Shown here: positions 31,873 to 42,186 of the stretch, in pieces
Position numbering within the stretch: position 1 is the stretch's first letter
Layout: each line of letters starts with the position of its first letter
Origin: an uncultured Thermoleophilia bacterium
GTDB taxonomy: Bacteria; Actinomycetota; Thermoleophilia; UBA2241
Assembly (NCBI GenBank): GCA_963715985.1
Contig: CAVQSP010000012.1
Location: 837-64,836, forward strand
Direction: 5' to 3'
DNA length: 64,000 bases
Notes under the pieces: model-generated
What the model saw: only the letters and a program-made list of their open reading frames with translations
Database searches by the model: none
What the model was told of the DNA's origin: nothing
Position numbers and translations under genes: made by a program

Positions 31873-32837
31873 CGCAGTCCCGTCCGCAGCCGCGGGCTGA
31901 TGAGGATGGTGAGGATGTCGGCGATCAGATTGAGCACCACGTACACCGCGGCGATGAGCAGCACGAGCGCCTGCACCACCGGCATGTCACGGTTGGCCAC
32001 CGCGTCCACCAGCGCCGAGCCGATGCCGGGAAAGCCGAAGAGGTACTCCACGGTGACGATGCCGCCGGCCAGCCAGGCGATGTTGATGGCGATCACCTGG
32101 ATGGTGGGGACGATGGCGTTGGGCAGGGCGTGGTGCCACAGCACGCGCGACTCCTTGAGGCCCTTGAGGCGCGCCATCATCACGTACTCGCTCTCCAGCA
32201 CTTCGATGGTGGAGGCGCGCAACATGCGGCTCACGTAAGGGATCACGGCGAGGATCAGCGTGACCACCGGGAGGATGAAGAGGTCCATCTGGCCGCTGAG
32301 CGGCGCCCGCGAGTCCACGTTGGAGACCGAGGGCAGCCAGCTGAACACCGTGGTCGCAAAGATCAGGACCAGGACGATGCCGATCACGAACTCGGGCAGC
32401 GCCGCGAGGCTCAGGTTGGTGATGTTCATGGCGTTGTCGAACTTGGAGTCTCGCCACACGGCACTGAAGGCCCCGATGAGGATGGAGATGGGGATGCTGA
32501 ACAGCGCCGCCAGCGACACGAGGATGGCCGAGTTGATGACGCGCTGCTTGAGCAGCTCGGTGACCTTGGCGCCGCCGCCGACGAGGGAGTTGCCGAGGTC
32601 GCCGCGCACCACGTCGCCGAGCCAGCCCGTGTACTGCGAGACGACCGGCTTGTCCAGGCCTAGCTCCTTGCGCAGCGCCTCGTAGCGCACCTTGTCGGCG
32701 GAGTCCTTGCCGAGGATGGCCTTGGCCGCGTCGCCGGGCAGCGCCTGGGTGGCGAAGAAGACCACCACGGAGACGAGGAACAGCGTCAGGATCCCCAGGC
32801 CGAGGCGGATGAGCAGGAGTTTGAGCAGAGGGGGCAC
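31869..32837 (-). CDS. ABC transporter permease (DppB/OppB type)
   Basis: Intact 322-aa ORF: LLKLLLIRLGLGILTLFLVSVVVFFATQALPGD..EYVMMARLKGLKESRVLWHHALPNAIVPT. Confidence 0.9.
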   Translation of the reverse strand: MPPLLKLLLIRLGLGILTLFLVSVVVFFATQALPGDAAKAILGKDSADKVRYEALRKELGLDKPVVSQYTGWLGDVVRGDLGNSLVGGGAKVTELLKQRVINSAILVSLAALFSIPISILIGAFSAVWRDSKFDNAMNITNLSLAALPEFVIGIVLVLIFATTVFSWLPSVSNVDSRAPLSGQMDLFILPVVTLILAVIPYVSRMLRASTIEVLESEYVMMARLKGLKESRVLWHHALPNAIVPTIQVIAINIAWLAGGIVTVEYLFGFPGIGSALVDAVANRDMPVVQALVLLIAAVYVVLNLIADILTILISPRLRTGLR

Positions 32838-32931
32838 TAGATGATCCTGGGTGAGAGCGGTGGGCGCCGGGCGCCCCGGCCGAGAGGCCGGGGCGCCCGG
32901 TCACACCGGGAACAGCCGTCAGACGGCTTGC

Positions 32932-34593
32932 TCAACCGAAGTAGGCCAAACGATACCGCGCGTTGCTGGCGCAGGAGCCGAGGCCCGAGTAGTCGGGCAC
33001 CATGCCCATGACCGTCGGGGCCATCGCGTCCACCTGATTGTCGAAGGCGTAGACGATGTAGGCGCCCTCGTTGTACTCGATGGTGGCGGCCTGCGTGATC
33101 AGGTCGTTGCGGGCGGCGTCGTCGACCGTCTTGTAGGCCTCTTTGACGAGATTCATGTACTCCTGGTTGGTCGGCGCCCAGTGGGTCTCGTCGTAGAGCG
33201 CGCCGGGCATGGTGCCCATGCCGGTCTGGGCCAGGTACCCGCGGGTGCCCCAGTTGTCCATGGCGAAGCCCCACTTGAGGTACTGGTCGCCCCAGAACAC
33301 GTCGCCGGTGACGTTGTCCACCTTGACGGTGACGCCGGCGGCCTGCGCCTGCTGCGCGAACACCGTGGCCGCGGAGGGGGCGTTGTTGCTGACCGAGGTC
33401 GACGTGACGAGCTTGACCGTCATGTTCTCCTGGCCGGCCTGCTTGAGCAGCGACATGGCCTGCTCCAGATCCTGCTCGCGCTGCGGCAGGTCCTTGGGAT
33501 AGCCGGGGTCGAACGGCCCGTACATGTCGTTGCCGAGCCACTGCAGGCCGTCGGCGCCCTGGGCGATCATCTGCGGGCGGTCGACGATGAGGCGGAAGGC
33601 CTGGCGCACGCGCACGTCGTCGAACGGCTTGACGTCCACGTTCATCGTGAAGGGGATCCACGAGCCGGTCTTGGCTTCGAGCAGCACGTTGCCCGCGCCG
33701 GTGGCGATCTCGCGCTGCGCACCGGGGATCATGTTGACGTAGTCGACCGCGCCGCCGAGCAGGGCGTTCATCTGTGCCGTGGTGTCGGCGAACTCGATGA
33801 TGGAGAGCTGGTCGACGTATGCGCCGCCGTCCTGGCGCCAGTAGTTCTCGTTGCGGGCCATGACGCACTGCACGCCCGGCTGGAAGTCGCCCGGGGCCGC
33901 GAGCTTGAACGGGCCCGTGCCGATGACGCCCTCGCCGCCCTTGGGGTCGTAGCCCACCGGGACGACGGCCGCGCTGTAGGTGGCCAGCGCCTCCTTGAAG
34001 ATCGCGTTGGCCTCTTCGAGGTTGAACTGCACCGTGAGGTCGTCGATCTTCTTGGTGCCGCCCGGCGCGAGGCCGCGCAGCTGCGCCGCGGCGAGGCCGG
34101 GGCTCTTGGGGTTCATGATCCGCTCGAAGCTGAAGACCACGGCGTCGGCGTTCACCGGCGAGCCGTCGTGGAACACCAGGTCCGGCTTGAGCTTGATCGT
34201 GTATTGCGTGCCGTCCGCATTGGGCTCGAGGGACTCCGCGAGCGCCATCCCGAGCACGCCCTCGTTGCTGTACTCGAGCAGCGAGTCGTACAGGTTGAAG
34301 CGCATGTCCATGGACTGCATGGTGTAGGCGGTGGCGTGCGCGTCCAGGTCCTCCTTGGCGGAGCCCTGGCCGGCGGCCACGCGCAGGTGGCCGCCCATCA
34401 CCGGCGTGCCGGCGGCGGCAGACGACGAAGCCGCCGGGCTCGCGCTGGAACTGGAGCTGCTGCTGGAGCCGCACGCCGCGGCGGTCGTGCCGAGCGCCGC
34501 GACCGCCCCGACCGCGGCTGCGCCCTGCAGGACCTGGCGCCGAGTGATCTCCTTGGACAAGAATCCCAGATCTTCGCTGTCTCGTGTGCTCAT
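32932..34593 (-). CDS. ABC transporter substrate-binding lipoprotein, family 5, with a Tat-type signal
   Basis: ATG 34593 follows AAGGGGGAG. The N-terminus is MSTRDSEDLGFLSKEITRRQVLQGAAAVGAVAALGTTAAAC-GSSSSSSSSASP.., which shows a twin-arginine motif, a lipobox Cys and a Ser-rich linker. The body is typical SBP_bac_5 (FHDGSPVNADAVVFSFER..GTGPFKL..). Confidence 0.9.
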   Translation of the reverse strand: MSTRDSEDLGFLSKEITRRQVLQGAAAVGAVAALGTTAAACGSSSSSSSSASPAASSSAAAGTPVMGGHLRVAAGQGSAKEDLDAHATAYTMQSMDMRFNLYDSLLEYSNEGVLGMALAESLEPNADGTQYTIKLKPDLVFHDGSPVNADAVVFSFERIMNPKSPGLAAAQLRGLAPGGTKKIDDLTVQFNLEEANAIFKEALATYSAAVVPVGYDPKGGEGVIGTGPFKLAAPGDFQPGVQCVMARNENYWRQDGGAYVDQLSIIEFADTTAQMNALLGGAVDYVNMIPGAQREIATGAGNVLLEAKTGSWIPFTMNVDVKPFDDVRVRQAFRLIVDRPQMIAQGADGLQWLGNDMYGPFDPGYPKDLPQREQDLEQAMSLLKQAGQENMTVKLVTSTSVSNNAPSAATVFAQQAQAAGVTVKVDNVTGDVFWGDQYLKWGFAMDNWGTRGYLAQTGMGTMPGALYDETHWAPTNQEYMNLVKEAYKTVDDAARNDLITQAATIEYNEGAYIVYAFDNQVDAMAPTVMGMVPDYSGLGSCASNARYRLAYFG

Positions 34594-34826
34594 ATCCGCT
34601 CCCCCTTGTGCATGACAGTCATCGGTCGAATGCTGCGGCGGCCAGAACGAGAGTGCCGGCGAAGGAAACGGAGCGCCCACGCCCCCCACGTGGTACACGA
34701 GGACGGGACCGCCCTTCTTGCCGTATCGCGCATCATACGCGGATTCGTTGCGCCTTGGGACCCGCGAAGGGGCCCGCGGTCCAGGATGTCGGACACGTTT
34801 TGCGGCCCGACGGGCGCGTGAGGCGC

Positions 34827-35673
34827 TCAGCGCCCGGCCCAGAGCTCCGCCGCCGTGAGGCCGAGCTCGTCCTCCACGGCGGCGCGGTAGGCGGCGATGG
34901 CGCGGCGGGTGACGGGGCCGGGTGGGGCGTCGAACACCCGGCCCTCGATGGCCGCGACCGCCTGGACCTCGCGGCCCGCGCCGCCCAGGAACGCTTCGGC
35001 GGCGGCGAGCGCGTCGCCGGTGCGGCACACGCGCTCGTCCACGTCCAGGTGCCGCAGCATCAAGCGCCGGGTGATGGAGTCCAGGATGCCCTCCGTGAGT
35101 GGCGGCGTGCACAGGTCACCCTCCGGGGTGACCCAGAAGAACGCCGCCTGCTGCACCTCCATCACGCGACCGTCCGGCGTCGTGAGCAGCGCCTCACTGA
35201 AGCCGCGCTCCTCGGCCATCCGCCGGGCCAGCATGTTGCCGGCGTAGGCGAGGCTCTTGGAGCCGCCGAGCACGAGCCTGGGCACGTCGGTGACGAAGGC
35301 CAACCGCACCGGCGGCCAGTCGCCGGTGGGCTCCAGGAACACGATGCGCCGGCCGCCCCGCGTGAGCACGATGCGCAGGCCGGCGGAGACTGGTCCGGCC
35401 CATGCGAACACGGCGGCGATCTCCGCCTCGCAGCCGTTCGCGAGGGCAGGACAGCCGCAGCCGGCCGCACGTCCGCTCCAGGCGGTCCAGGTGCTCGCCG
35501 AGCGTGAACGGCCGGCCCAGGTAGCAGCGGATGTACTCGAAGGCGCCGTCGCCGCGCAGCAGGCCGTCGTCGTAGAGCGGCACCGTGGCCGTGGCCGCGT
35601 CGCAGAGCACACCGTCCACCGATGCCGGCATGCGCACACCGCCGGGCCCGAGAGGGGCGGCGTCACCCGGCAT
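34827..35673 (-). pseudogene. Class IV (branched-chain / D-amino-acid) aminotransferase, 1 frame change
   Basis: The N-terminal part is in frame 35194..35673 (..VPLYDDGLLRGDGAFEYIRCYLGRPFTLGEHLDRLERT). The C-terminal part is in frame 34827..35666 (..LRIVLTRGG..GGSKSLAYAGNMLARRMAEERGFSEALLTTPDGRVMEVQQAAFFWV..TPPLTEGILDSITR). The shift is near 35450. Confidence 0.8.
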
Positions 35674-37798
35674 CAGCGCCCGGCTCGACCTTCTCCACGC
35701 GCACCTCGACGGACTTCATCAGCGGGAACCCGCTCACGGGGTCGAAGCGGTCGTCGTGCGTCACCAGATTGATGTTGGCCTGCGCCCAGCCGTGCGTCAC
35801 CTGCAGGCTGCCGCGGCGGATCTCGTTGGGCGCCATGACCTTGACCGGCACGTCCACGGACGCCGATGCGCGATGTGATCCTCACGAGGTCGCCGTCAGC
35901 CACCTTCAGCGAGGCGGCGTCGTCCGGGTGCATCTCCACCTCGGGGCCGGGGATGGCGGTGAGAAAGCGTGGGATGTTGCGGAACCTGCTGTGCATGTAC
36001 AGCAGCTTGCGCGCCCCCGTGATGAGGACGAAGGGGAACTCCGGGTCGGGCGACTCCAGGTACGCGGGCGAGCGGTACACCGGCAGCTCGTCGAAGCCCC
36101 AGCCCGCCGAGGTACGCCGACACGAACTCGATCCTGCCCGAGGGCGTACCGAAGGTGAGCTCGTCCTGCTCGCGCTCGCCGCCCGTGCCCGCCTCGCCGC
36201 CTCCCTCGCCCGCGCCGGCAGCGTCGCTCGCGGCGCCCGCGCCGGCGTACACGACGCCCTCGGGATGCGCCGCCAGGTCCTCGTAGGTGAGCCCCGACGA
36301 CTCGAGCAGCCAGCGGTTGAGCGCGGTCTCGTCCTCCCAGGGGAAGAAGTCGGCGGCGCCCAGGCGCGCGGCCAGGTCGCGCCAGAACTCGTACTCGCCC
36401 TGCACGTCCGGCAGGCTGAGGACCTGGTTGGTGAGGGTGATGACCTGGTGCTTGGCGTGCGCGTGCAGCTCGGTGCGCTCGAGGAACGAGGCGGCCGGCA
36501 GCACGTAGTCCGCCAGGGCGGCCGTCTCCGTCATGAACAGGTCGCGGACCACGAGCAGGTCGAGGGCCTCGAACGCCTCGCGGATGCGCGTGGAGTTGGC
36601 GTTGGTCACCACCGGGTTGGCGCCGGTGACGATCATCGCCCGCAGCGGGTAGGGGTCGTCGTGAAGGATGGCGTCCACCGCACTCATCGTGTGGCACTCC
36701 TGGCGCAGGTCGTAGAGCACGGGGAAGCGCTCCGCGCCGATGGGGCCCAGCTCGCGGAGCGGGAGCTCGTCGTACACGGTGAGCTCGCGCAGCGCCGGCG
36801 CCGCCTTGAAGCGCGTGCCGCCGGCTTGGCCGATGGTGCCCAGCAGCGCGTCGAGCATGGCCACCGCGCGGATGTTGTTGACGCCGTTCTCGTGGTGCTC
36901 GAGACCGTTGCCGGCGTACAGAGCCACGCGCGGGGCGGCGGCGGCCATGGCGCGGGCCATCGCCCGCACGGTGGCCGCGTCCACGCCCGTCTCGCGCTCT
37001 ACCACCTCGGGGGTGAAGGCCTTGGCGTACTCGGCCGACCTGCGGGAAGCCGAGCGTGTATCTGGCCACGAACTCCTTGTCGTAGGCGCCGCTCTCGATC
37101 AGCAGGTGGACGATGCCCCACGCCAGGGCGCCGTCGGTGCCGGGGCGCACCGCCGCGTGCAGGTCGGCGCGCCGCGCCATGGCCGAGAGGCGCGGGTCCA
37201 CCACGATGAGGGTGGCGCCTTTGCGGCGCGCGTCGCTGACGTAGCTGGTCATGTTGGGGTGCGCGTAGGGCAGGTTGGCGCCCCAGATCAGCACGCACTC
37301 GGCGTTCTCCAGGTCCGGCGTGGGCCAGCCGCCGTCCACCAGCGTGAAGCCCGCGTACCGGGCCGCGAAGCACTGCGAGTCGTTGGAGAAGTAGTTGGGG
37401 CTGCCGATGGCGTGGATGAAGCGCCGCGCCAGCGTCTCCTGCTGGCCGAAGCCGATGGCCTCGCCCTTCCACACGCTGAGGCTGCGGAGACCGTACTGCT
37501 CGCCGATCGCCACGAGGCGCGCGGCGATCTCGTCGAGCGCCTGCGCCAGCGGGATCTCCTCCCAGCCGCCTTCGACGCGCTTGAGCGGCGCGAGCAGGCG
37601 GTCCGGGTGATAGACCATGTCGACCGCGGCGCGCGCCTTGACGCACAGGCGGCCGCGGTTCCAGGCGTGGTGCTCGTTGGCGGTGATGTCGACGATGCGC
37701 CCGTCCTCCAGGTGCACCTCGATGCCGCAGCGGTCGTCGCACATGCGGCAGAGGGTGCGCACGGTCGTGCGTTCGGCGGCCACGTCAGCGCTCCCCAC
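35663..37798 (-). pseudogene. Molybdopterin (bis-PGD) oxidoreductase catalytic subunit, DMSO-reductase/formate-dehydrogenase superfamily, at least 3 frame changes
   Basis: The N-terminal [4Fe-4S] motif is CRMCDDRCGIEV..(27)..C, followed by ..WGANLPYAHPN..ATLIVVDPR (35906..37798). It continues ..YAGNGLEHHENGVNN..VTGANPVVTNAN..DLLVVRDLFMTETAALADYVLPAASFLE (35896..37005); ..FPFVLITGARKLLYMHSRFRN..EVEMHPDDAASLKVADGDLVRI (35673..36080); and ..VTHGWAQANINLVTHDDRFDPVSGFPLMKSVEVRVEKV* (35663..35857). Confidence 0.8.
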
Positions 37799-38270
37799 GG
37801 CCCGGACGCGCGAGGCGCCGCAAGCTGATGTCCAGCGCCTCGCGGCGCGCGTCGGCGGCCTCGTCGGCGTCTACGAACTGCAGCGCCCCCGAGGTGCAGA
37901 AGCGCACGCAGTCGGGGTCGCCGCCGCAGAGGTCGCACTTGCGGCTCACACCCAGCTCGCCGTCGAAGTGGATGTTGCCCATGGGGCAGGCGAGCAGGCA
38001 CATCTTGCAGCCGGCGCAGTGGTCGCGGTCGATCTCCACGGCGCCCGTGCTCTCGTCGCGGCTGATGGCGCCGGCCGGGCACACCTCCAGGCACCAGGCC
38101 TCGGAGCAGTGCATGCAGGTGAGCGGGATGCAGGCGTGGTCCTCGGCGTAGAAGTTCACGCGGATGAGCGACGCCGAGCGCGCGAAGTCGCCGCTCTGGC
38201 GAAAGGCGCAGGCGTACTCGCAGTCGCGGCAGGCCACGCACAGGTCGGGATCGGCGACGACGATGCGCAC
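37785..38270 (-). CDS. 4Fe-4S dicluster electron-transfer protein (DmsB/HybA-like beta subunit)
   Basis: Intact 161-aa ORF with four Cys clusters (CVACRDCEYAC, CMHCSEAWCLEVCP, CAGCKMCLLACP, CDLCGGDPDCVRFC). It overlaps the Mo-enzyme start. Confidence 0.88.
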   Translation of the reverse strand: MRIVVADPDLCVACRDCEYACAFRQSGDFARSASLIRVNFYAEDHACIPLTCMHCSEAWCLEVCPAGAISRDESTGAVEIDRDHCAGCKMCLLACPMGNIHFDGELGVSRKCDLCGGDPDCVRFCTSGALQFVDADEAADARREALDISLRRLARPGRGER

Positions 38271-38273
38271 GAC

Positions 38274-39549
38274 TCAGCCTCCTCTCGCAGTGCCGGCCAG
38301 TCCCGCCGCCCGCAGGTCGCGCCGGCGGGCCGGGCTCGCCAGGTCTCTTCCCTCGATGAACGAAAGCAACTCGGGCAGCGCCCGTCGCCAGCGCACGTAG
38401 GGGCGCAGGCGGCCGAGCACCACGGCGCCCTCGGTGCCGCCGAGGGCGACGGCGCCGGCCGGCACGCCGCCGCGGCTCACCAGCTTGAAGTACTCGACGC
38501 CGGCGACGTCGCGCAGCAGCGTGACGTCGTCGCCGTCCTCTTCCACGAAACGACCGAGCGAGGCCACAGTCAAGCCGAACATCTCCGTGACGTTCATGCT
38601 GAGGCTGCCGCGGTACGTGACGCCGGCGCCGGCGAGGTTGGCGCCGGCCACCTTGCCCTGCTCCACCGCCGTGGGCCACAGCGCGTGGATCTCCGGCGGT
38701 CCGCCGGCGGCCGTGGGCCCGCGCGTCACGTCGCCGGCCGCGTACACGCCGGGGACCGACGTCTGCATGGTGGCGTCCACGGGGATGCCGGGCGCGCCCG
38801 GCTCGAGGGCCTGCTCCAGCAGCTCGTCGTTGGGGCGTGCGCCCGTGGCGACGATGACGGCGTCCACGGTGAACGGGTCGAGGCCGCCGGCGCAGACGCG
38901 CACGGCGCCGCCCTCGTCCTCCAGGGCCTCCGTGCTGCGTGCCCGTGTGGATGGGCACGCCGTAGCTCTCGATGCGCTCGTGGAGCAGGCGCGCGGCCGG
39001 AGCGTCCAGCACGCGCGGCATGATGCGCCGGTCGAGCTCGACGACGGTCACCTCCAGGCCGCGGTAGCGCGCCGCCCACGCGGCCTGCAGCGCCACGAAC
39101 CCTGAACCGAGCACGAGCGCCCGCGCCCCGGGCCGCAGCAGCGGGTCGAGGCGCACGGCGTCGGCGAGGGTCCAGAGGTGGTGGACGGCGGGGTGGTCGA
39201 GCCCGGGTATCGGGGGCCGCGCAGGCCGCGAGCCGGTGGCCAGCAGCAGGCTGTCGAAGGCCAGACGGCGCCCGCCGGCCAGCGCCAGCGTGCGGGCGCC
39301 CACATCGAGGCCGTCGACGCGCACCCCGGAGACGAGGTCGGCGCCCATGCGCGAGTAGTACTCGGGGCCGCGGATCACGAGGCCGTCACGCGACACCTTG
39401 CCGCGCAGGAAGTACGGCAGCAGCACGCGGGAGTACGCCGGTCCGGGCTCCTCGCTGATCAGCGTGACCGCGGCGTCGCGCTCGTGGCGGCGGAAGCTCT
39501 CGAGCGCGCTCAGCGCGGCCGCGCTGTTGCCGACGATGGCGAGGTGCAC
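38274..39549 (-). pseudogene. FAD/NAD(P)-dependent pyridine-nucleotide-disulfide-family oxidoreductase, 1 frame change
   Basis: GTG 39549 lies 2 nt after the MttB7 stop. VHLAIVGNSAAALSALE is the dinucleotide fold and ALVLGSGFVALQAAW is a second Rossmann fold (37288..41076 frame). It then continues in ORF 38274..38903 (..VIVATGARPN..VPGVYAAGDVT..). The shift is near 38930. Confidence 0.8.
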
Positions 39550-39551
39550 CG

Positions 39552-41006
39552 TCAGCGCCCCTCGCCGCCCGCGAAGCCGGCCACCAGTTCGTCCGCGCGG
39601 GCGGCCACGTCCGCCGGCAGCGGCGGGACCTCGTGCGTGGCGAGCAGCTCGGCGGCCTTGCGCCGCGCCTTGGCGGCGAGGTCGAGGCCGCCGCCGGCCA
39701 GCCAGTTCTCGCGGCCGTCCCGGTTGAGGATCGTGGGGCGCCACTGCACCTCTCTCATGTGGCGCCGCGTGTGCTTGCTGCCCATGAAGTGGCCGCCGGG
39801 GCCGGTCTGCGCGATGACGTCCACGGCCAGGGTCTCGGCATCGACCTCCACGCCGCGCAGCAGCCGCCGGTTGGAGGCGATGAACTCGTCCACCATCACG
39901 ATGCTCTCCAGCGAGCCGGTGAGGCCGAAGTCCAGGTAGCCCACGTCGTGGGCCAGGTTGGAGCCGGCCTGCATGGCCAGCAGCGTCATCTGATTGGCCT
40001 CCATGCCCATCTGCGCGTCCAGCACCTGGCTGTCGCTGGTCCCTGCGTTCCCCCAGTTGGGCAGGTCCAGCCACTTGGCCATCTCCACGGCACACATGTA
40101 GCCCATCTGGTAGCCGAGGTCGTTGTAGCTGGACTGGGCCGTGGCGATGTCCAGCACGGCCGAGCCGATGCCGAAGAGGAACGGCGCGCCCGGGACGCGC
40201 AGCTGGTGCATCACGAGGCCGAACAGGCACTCCGCGATGCCCTGCGCCGTGTGCCCCGCCACGGTGATGGGCGCCGTGGCCCCCGCCAGCGGCGCCGGCG
40301 AGTAGTTGGTCGGCACGCCGGCGTCGGCGCAGAGCAGCAGCTTCTCCACGCTGTCCGGGGGGTGCACGAGCGGGCTGGTGGGCTCGTTGTACATGATGAA
40401 GTACGGCTTCTCCCGCAACTCGTCTGCGCCGCCGCGCAGCGCCCGCGCGATCTCGATCATCACGGCCAGGTCGCGCGCGTTCTCGGCCGTCATCACCAGC
40501 GGCTTGGTGGTGTTCTGCAGCATCGCGAGGAAGCTCACCAGGTACGCCCTGTGCGGGTCCTCGTCGGTGGGGTGGGCCGAGCTCATCACGAAGTCGATGT
40601 CCGGCAGCGCGTCGCACAGGCGGGCCGCGCGGCGCACGTCCTCGAGCACGCTGGGCCGGTGCTCCCCGGTCTCGAGGTCGTAGGTGGACATGAGGTCGGA
40701 GCCGGTGCCGAAGTAGCTGTTGTAGCCGCCCAGCTCCATGGCCGGCTCGCCCGCGCGGTCGTACACGTCGATCACGGACGGCGCGGTGCCGCGCGCCTGC
40801 TCCACGAGCTCCCGCGGGATGAGGATGCGGTCCTCCGTGGTCAGCGTGCAGCCCGCCTCGAGCAGCATCGCTTTGGCTTCGTCGTGGTGGACCTGCATGC
40901 CGACGGCGCCGAGGATCTCGAGGACGGCCTCGTAGATGTCGAGCTTGGCCTGTTCGCTGAGGAAGCTCAAGTGGCCGATGCGAGATGCGTTGCGAAGGGT
41001 CTTCAC
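39552..41006 (-). CDS. MttB-superfamily methyltransferase, paralog 7 (long class, intact)
   Basis: Intact 484-aa ORF MKTLRNASRIGHLSFLSEQAKLDIYEAVLEILGAVGMQVHHDEA..APITVAGHTAQGIAECLFGLVMHQL..GPGGHFMGSKHTRRH.. It was used as the reference for the broken paralogs. Confidence 0.9.
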   Translation of the reverse strand: MKTLRNASRIGHLSFLSEQAKLDIYEAVLEILGAVGMQVHHDEAKAMLLEAGCTLTTEDRILIPRELVEQARGTAPSVIDVYDRAGEPAMELGGYNSYFGTGSDLMSTYDLETGEHRPSVLEDVRRAARLCDALPDIDFVMSSAHPTDEDPHRAYLVSFLAMLQNTTKPLVMTAENARDLAVMIEIARALRGGADELREKPYFIMYNEPTSPLVHPPDSVEKLLLCADAGVPTNYSPAPLAGATAPITVAGHTAQGIAECLFGLVMHQLRVPGAPFLFGIGSAVLDIATAQSSYNDLGYQMGYMCAVEMAKWLDLPNWGNAGTSDSQVLDAQMGMEANQMTLLAMQAGSNLAHDVGYLDFGLTGSLESIVMVDEFIASNRRLLRGVEVDAETLAVDVIAQTGPGGHFMGSKHTRRHMREVQWRPTILNRDGRENWLAGGGLDLAAKARRKAAELLATHEVPPLPADVAARADELVAGFAGGEGR

Positions 41007-41065
41007 GGGGTGTGCTCCTGACTCGTCCTGGTCCGCCGCGCCGGCTCCGGCGCCGGCAAGCGGAC

Positions 41066-41100
41066 GGCGCCGGCACGCTGGGGGCGAGCGTGCCGGCGCC
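41066..41100 (-). terminator. Perfect 14-bp GC hairpin downstream of the SAM-methyltransferase gene
   Basis: GGCGCCGGCACGCT-(7 nt)-AGCGTGCCGGCGCC. It lies about 140 nt after the stop at 41238 and upstream of the MttB7 start. There is no U-tract. Confidence 0.4.
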
Positions 41101-41237
41101 TGTCGCTGACTGCGGCGGCTGTCATGTGCCCGACACGAGCATCCGCGCCGCCGCGGCGATCACGGTTCCACGACGCCGGCGCGCGAGTGACATCGCCAGT
41201 AACACGGCTCCGATTCTGTAGCGCGCCCGCCCGCGGG

Positions 41238-41966
41238 TCAAGCCGGGCGCGTCGCGTTCCCGAATGCTGGACAACAAACGCCGGCGGGCTCCATGCCCTT
41301 CGTGATGGCGAAGAACAGGCTGGAAGCGTCGACCTCGACCATCTCGAGCTGTGCGTCGCAGCCTGCGAGAGCCCGCCGCACGTCCTCCGGGTCCACCGTG
41401 CCCGCGGTGAAGCCGTCACTGCAGACGATGGCGCCGTCCCCGGTCCGCTCTCTGTCGATAGGGCCTATCAGGCCGGCCTCGGCCTGCGCCTCGAACCACG
41501 CAAGCCGCTCGTTCCAGAAGCGATCGCTGTACGTGGAGAGCAGCAGCAAGCCCCCGGGGCGCGTGACGCGCAGCAGCTCAGTCACCAGTAGGCGCACGTC
41601 CACGTGAAACGCAGACGCGCCGTTCTGGATGCAGGCGACCACATCGAACGAAGCGTCGGCAAAGGTCAGCGCGGTCGCGTCCATGCGCGCGAAGAGGCAG
41701 TTGGGCACAGCGCGCAGTCCGGCAGCTGCGAGGGCAAGGCTTTCGGCAGACGTGTCGACGCCGACCACGAACCGCGCTGACTCCGCGAATGCCGGTACTG
41801 CCCTGCCGTAGCCGCACCCGACGTCCAGCAGCGTGTCGCCCGGAGTGAGCCGGGACACGACGTAGTCGATCTCGCCGCGGAGGTACTGTTGAACGCGTGG
41901 CGACGCGAGCTCGTAGCAGAGGCGCAGAGACTCAGCGCTCAGACGCCGCATGTAGTAGCCCTCCAT
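41238..41966 (-). CDS. Class I SAM-dependent methyltransferase
   Basis: The 242-aa part of ORF 41238..42527 from MEGYYMRRL, preceded by the RBS GGAAGGAAAG. Motif I is LLDVGCGYG. It also has ..FDVVACIQNG..LRVTRPGGLLLL. Confidence 0.85.
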   Translation of the reverse strand: MEGYYMRRLSAESLRLCYELASPRVQQYLRGEIDYVVSRLTPGDTLLDVGCGYGRAVPAFAESARFVVGVDTSAESLALAAAGLRAVPNCLFARMDATALTFADASFDVVACIQNGASAFHVDVRLLVTELLRVTRPGGLLLLSTYSDRFWNERLAWFEAQAEAGLIGPIDRERTGDGAIVCSDGFTAGTVDPEDVRRALAGCDAQLEMVEVDASSLFFAITKGMEPAGVCCPAFGNATRPA

Positions 41967-42186
41967 CCCGCTTTCCTTCCTCGCGTCACTGCCATCCACG
42001 GCCACCATACCCGCGCACGGCGTGGCACCGTGCCCGTGTGCGTTGCCGTCCAGCGTGCTGGACGGCGCCCCGCCTGGGTGTGAATCCCCTCGAGGCTGAC
42101 CTATAGTCCTGACCGCGGGACGGGGCCGCCGCTTGCGGTGCCCTCGCCCTGCTGCCGGCTTCGGGCTCAGTCTGGAAGGAGACTCC

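Noticed and set aside
37288-41076. A 1262-aa ORF on the minus strand that seems to span MttB7, the FAD oxidoreductase, the ferredoxin and the Mo enzyme
   Set aside because: Only the segment about 38930..39549 of this frame is real coding sequence (the FAD-enzyme N-terminus). The rest is an Arg/Ala/Pro-rich shadow frame kept open by the high GC content, and the real genes are in other frames.
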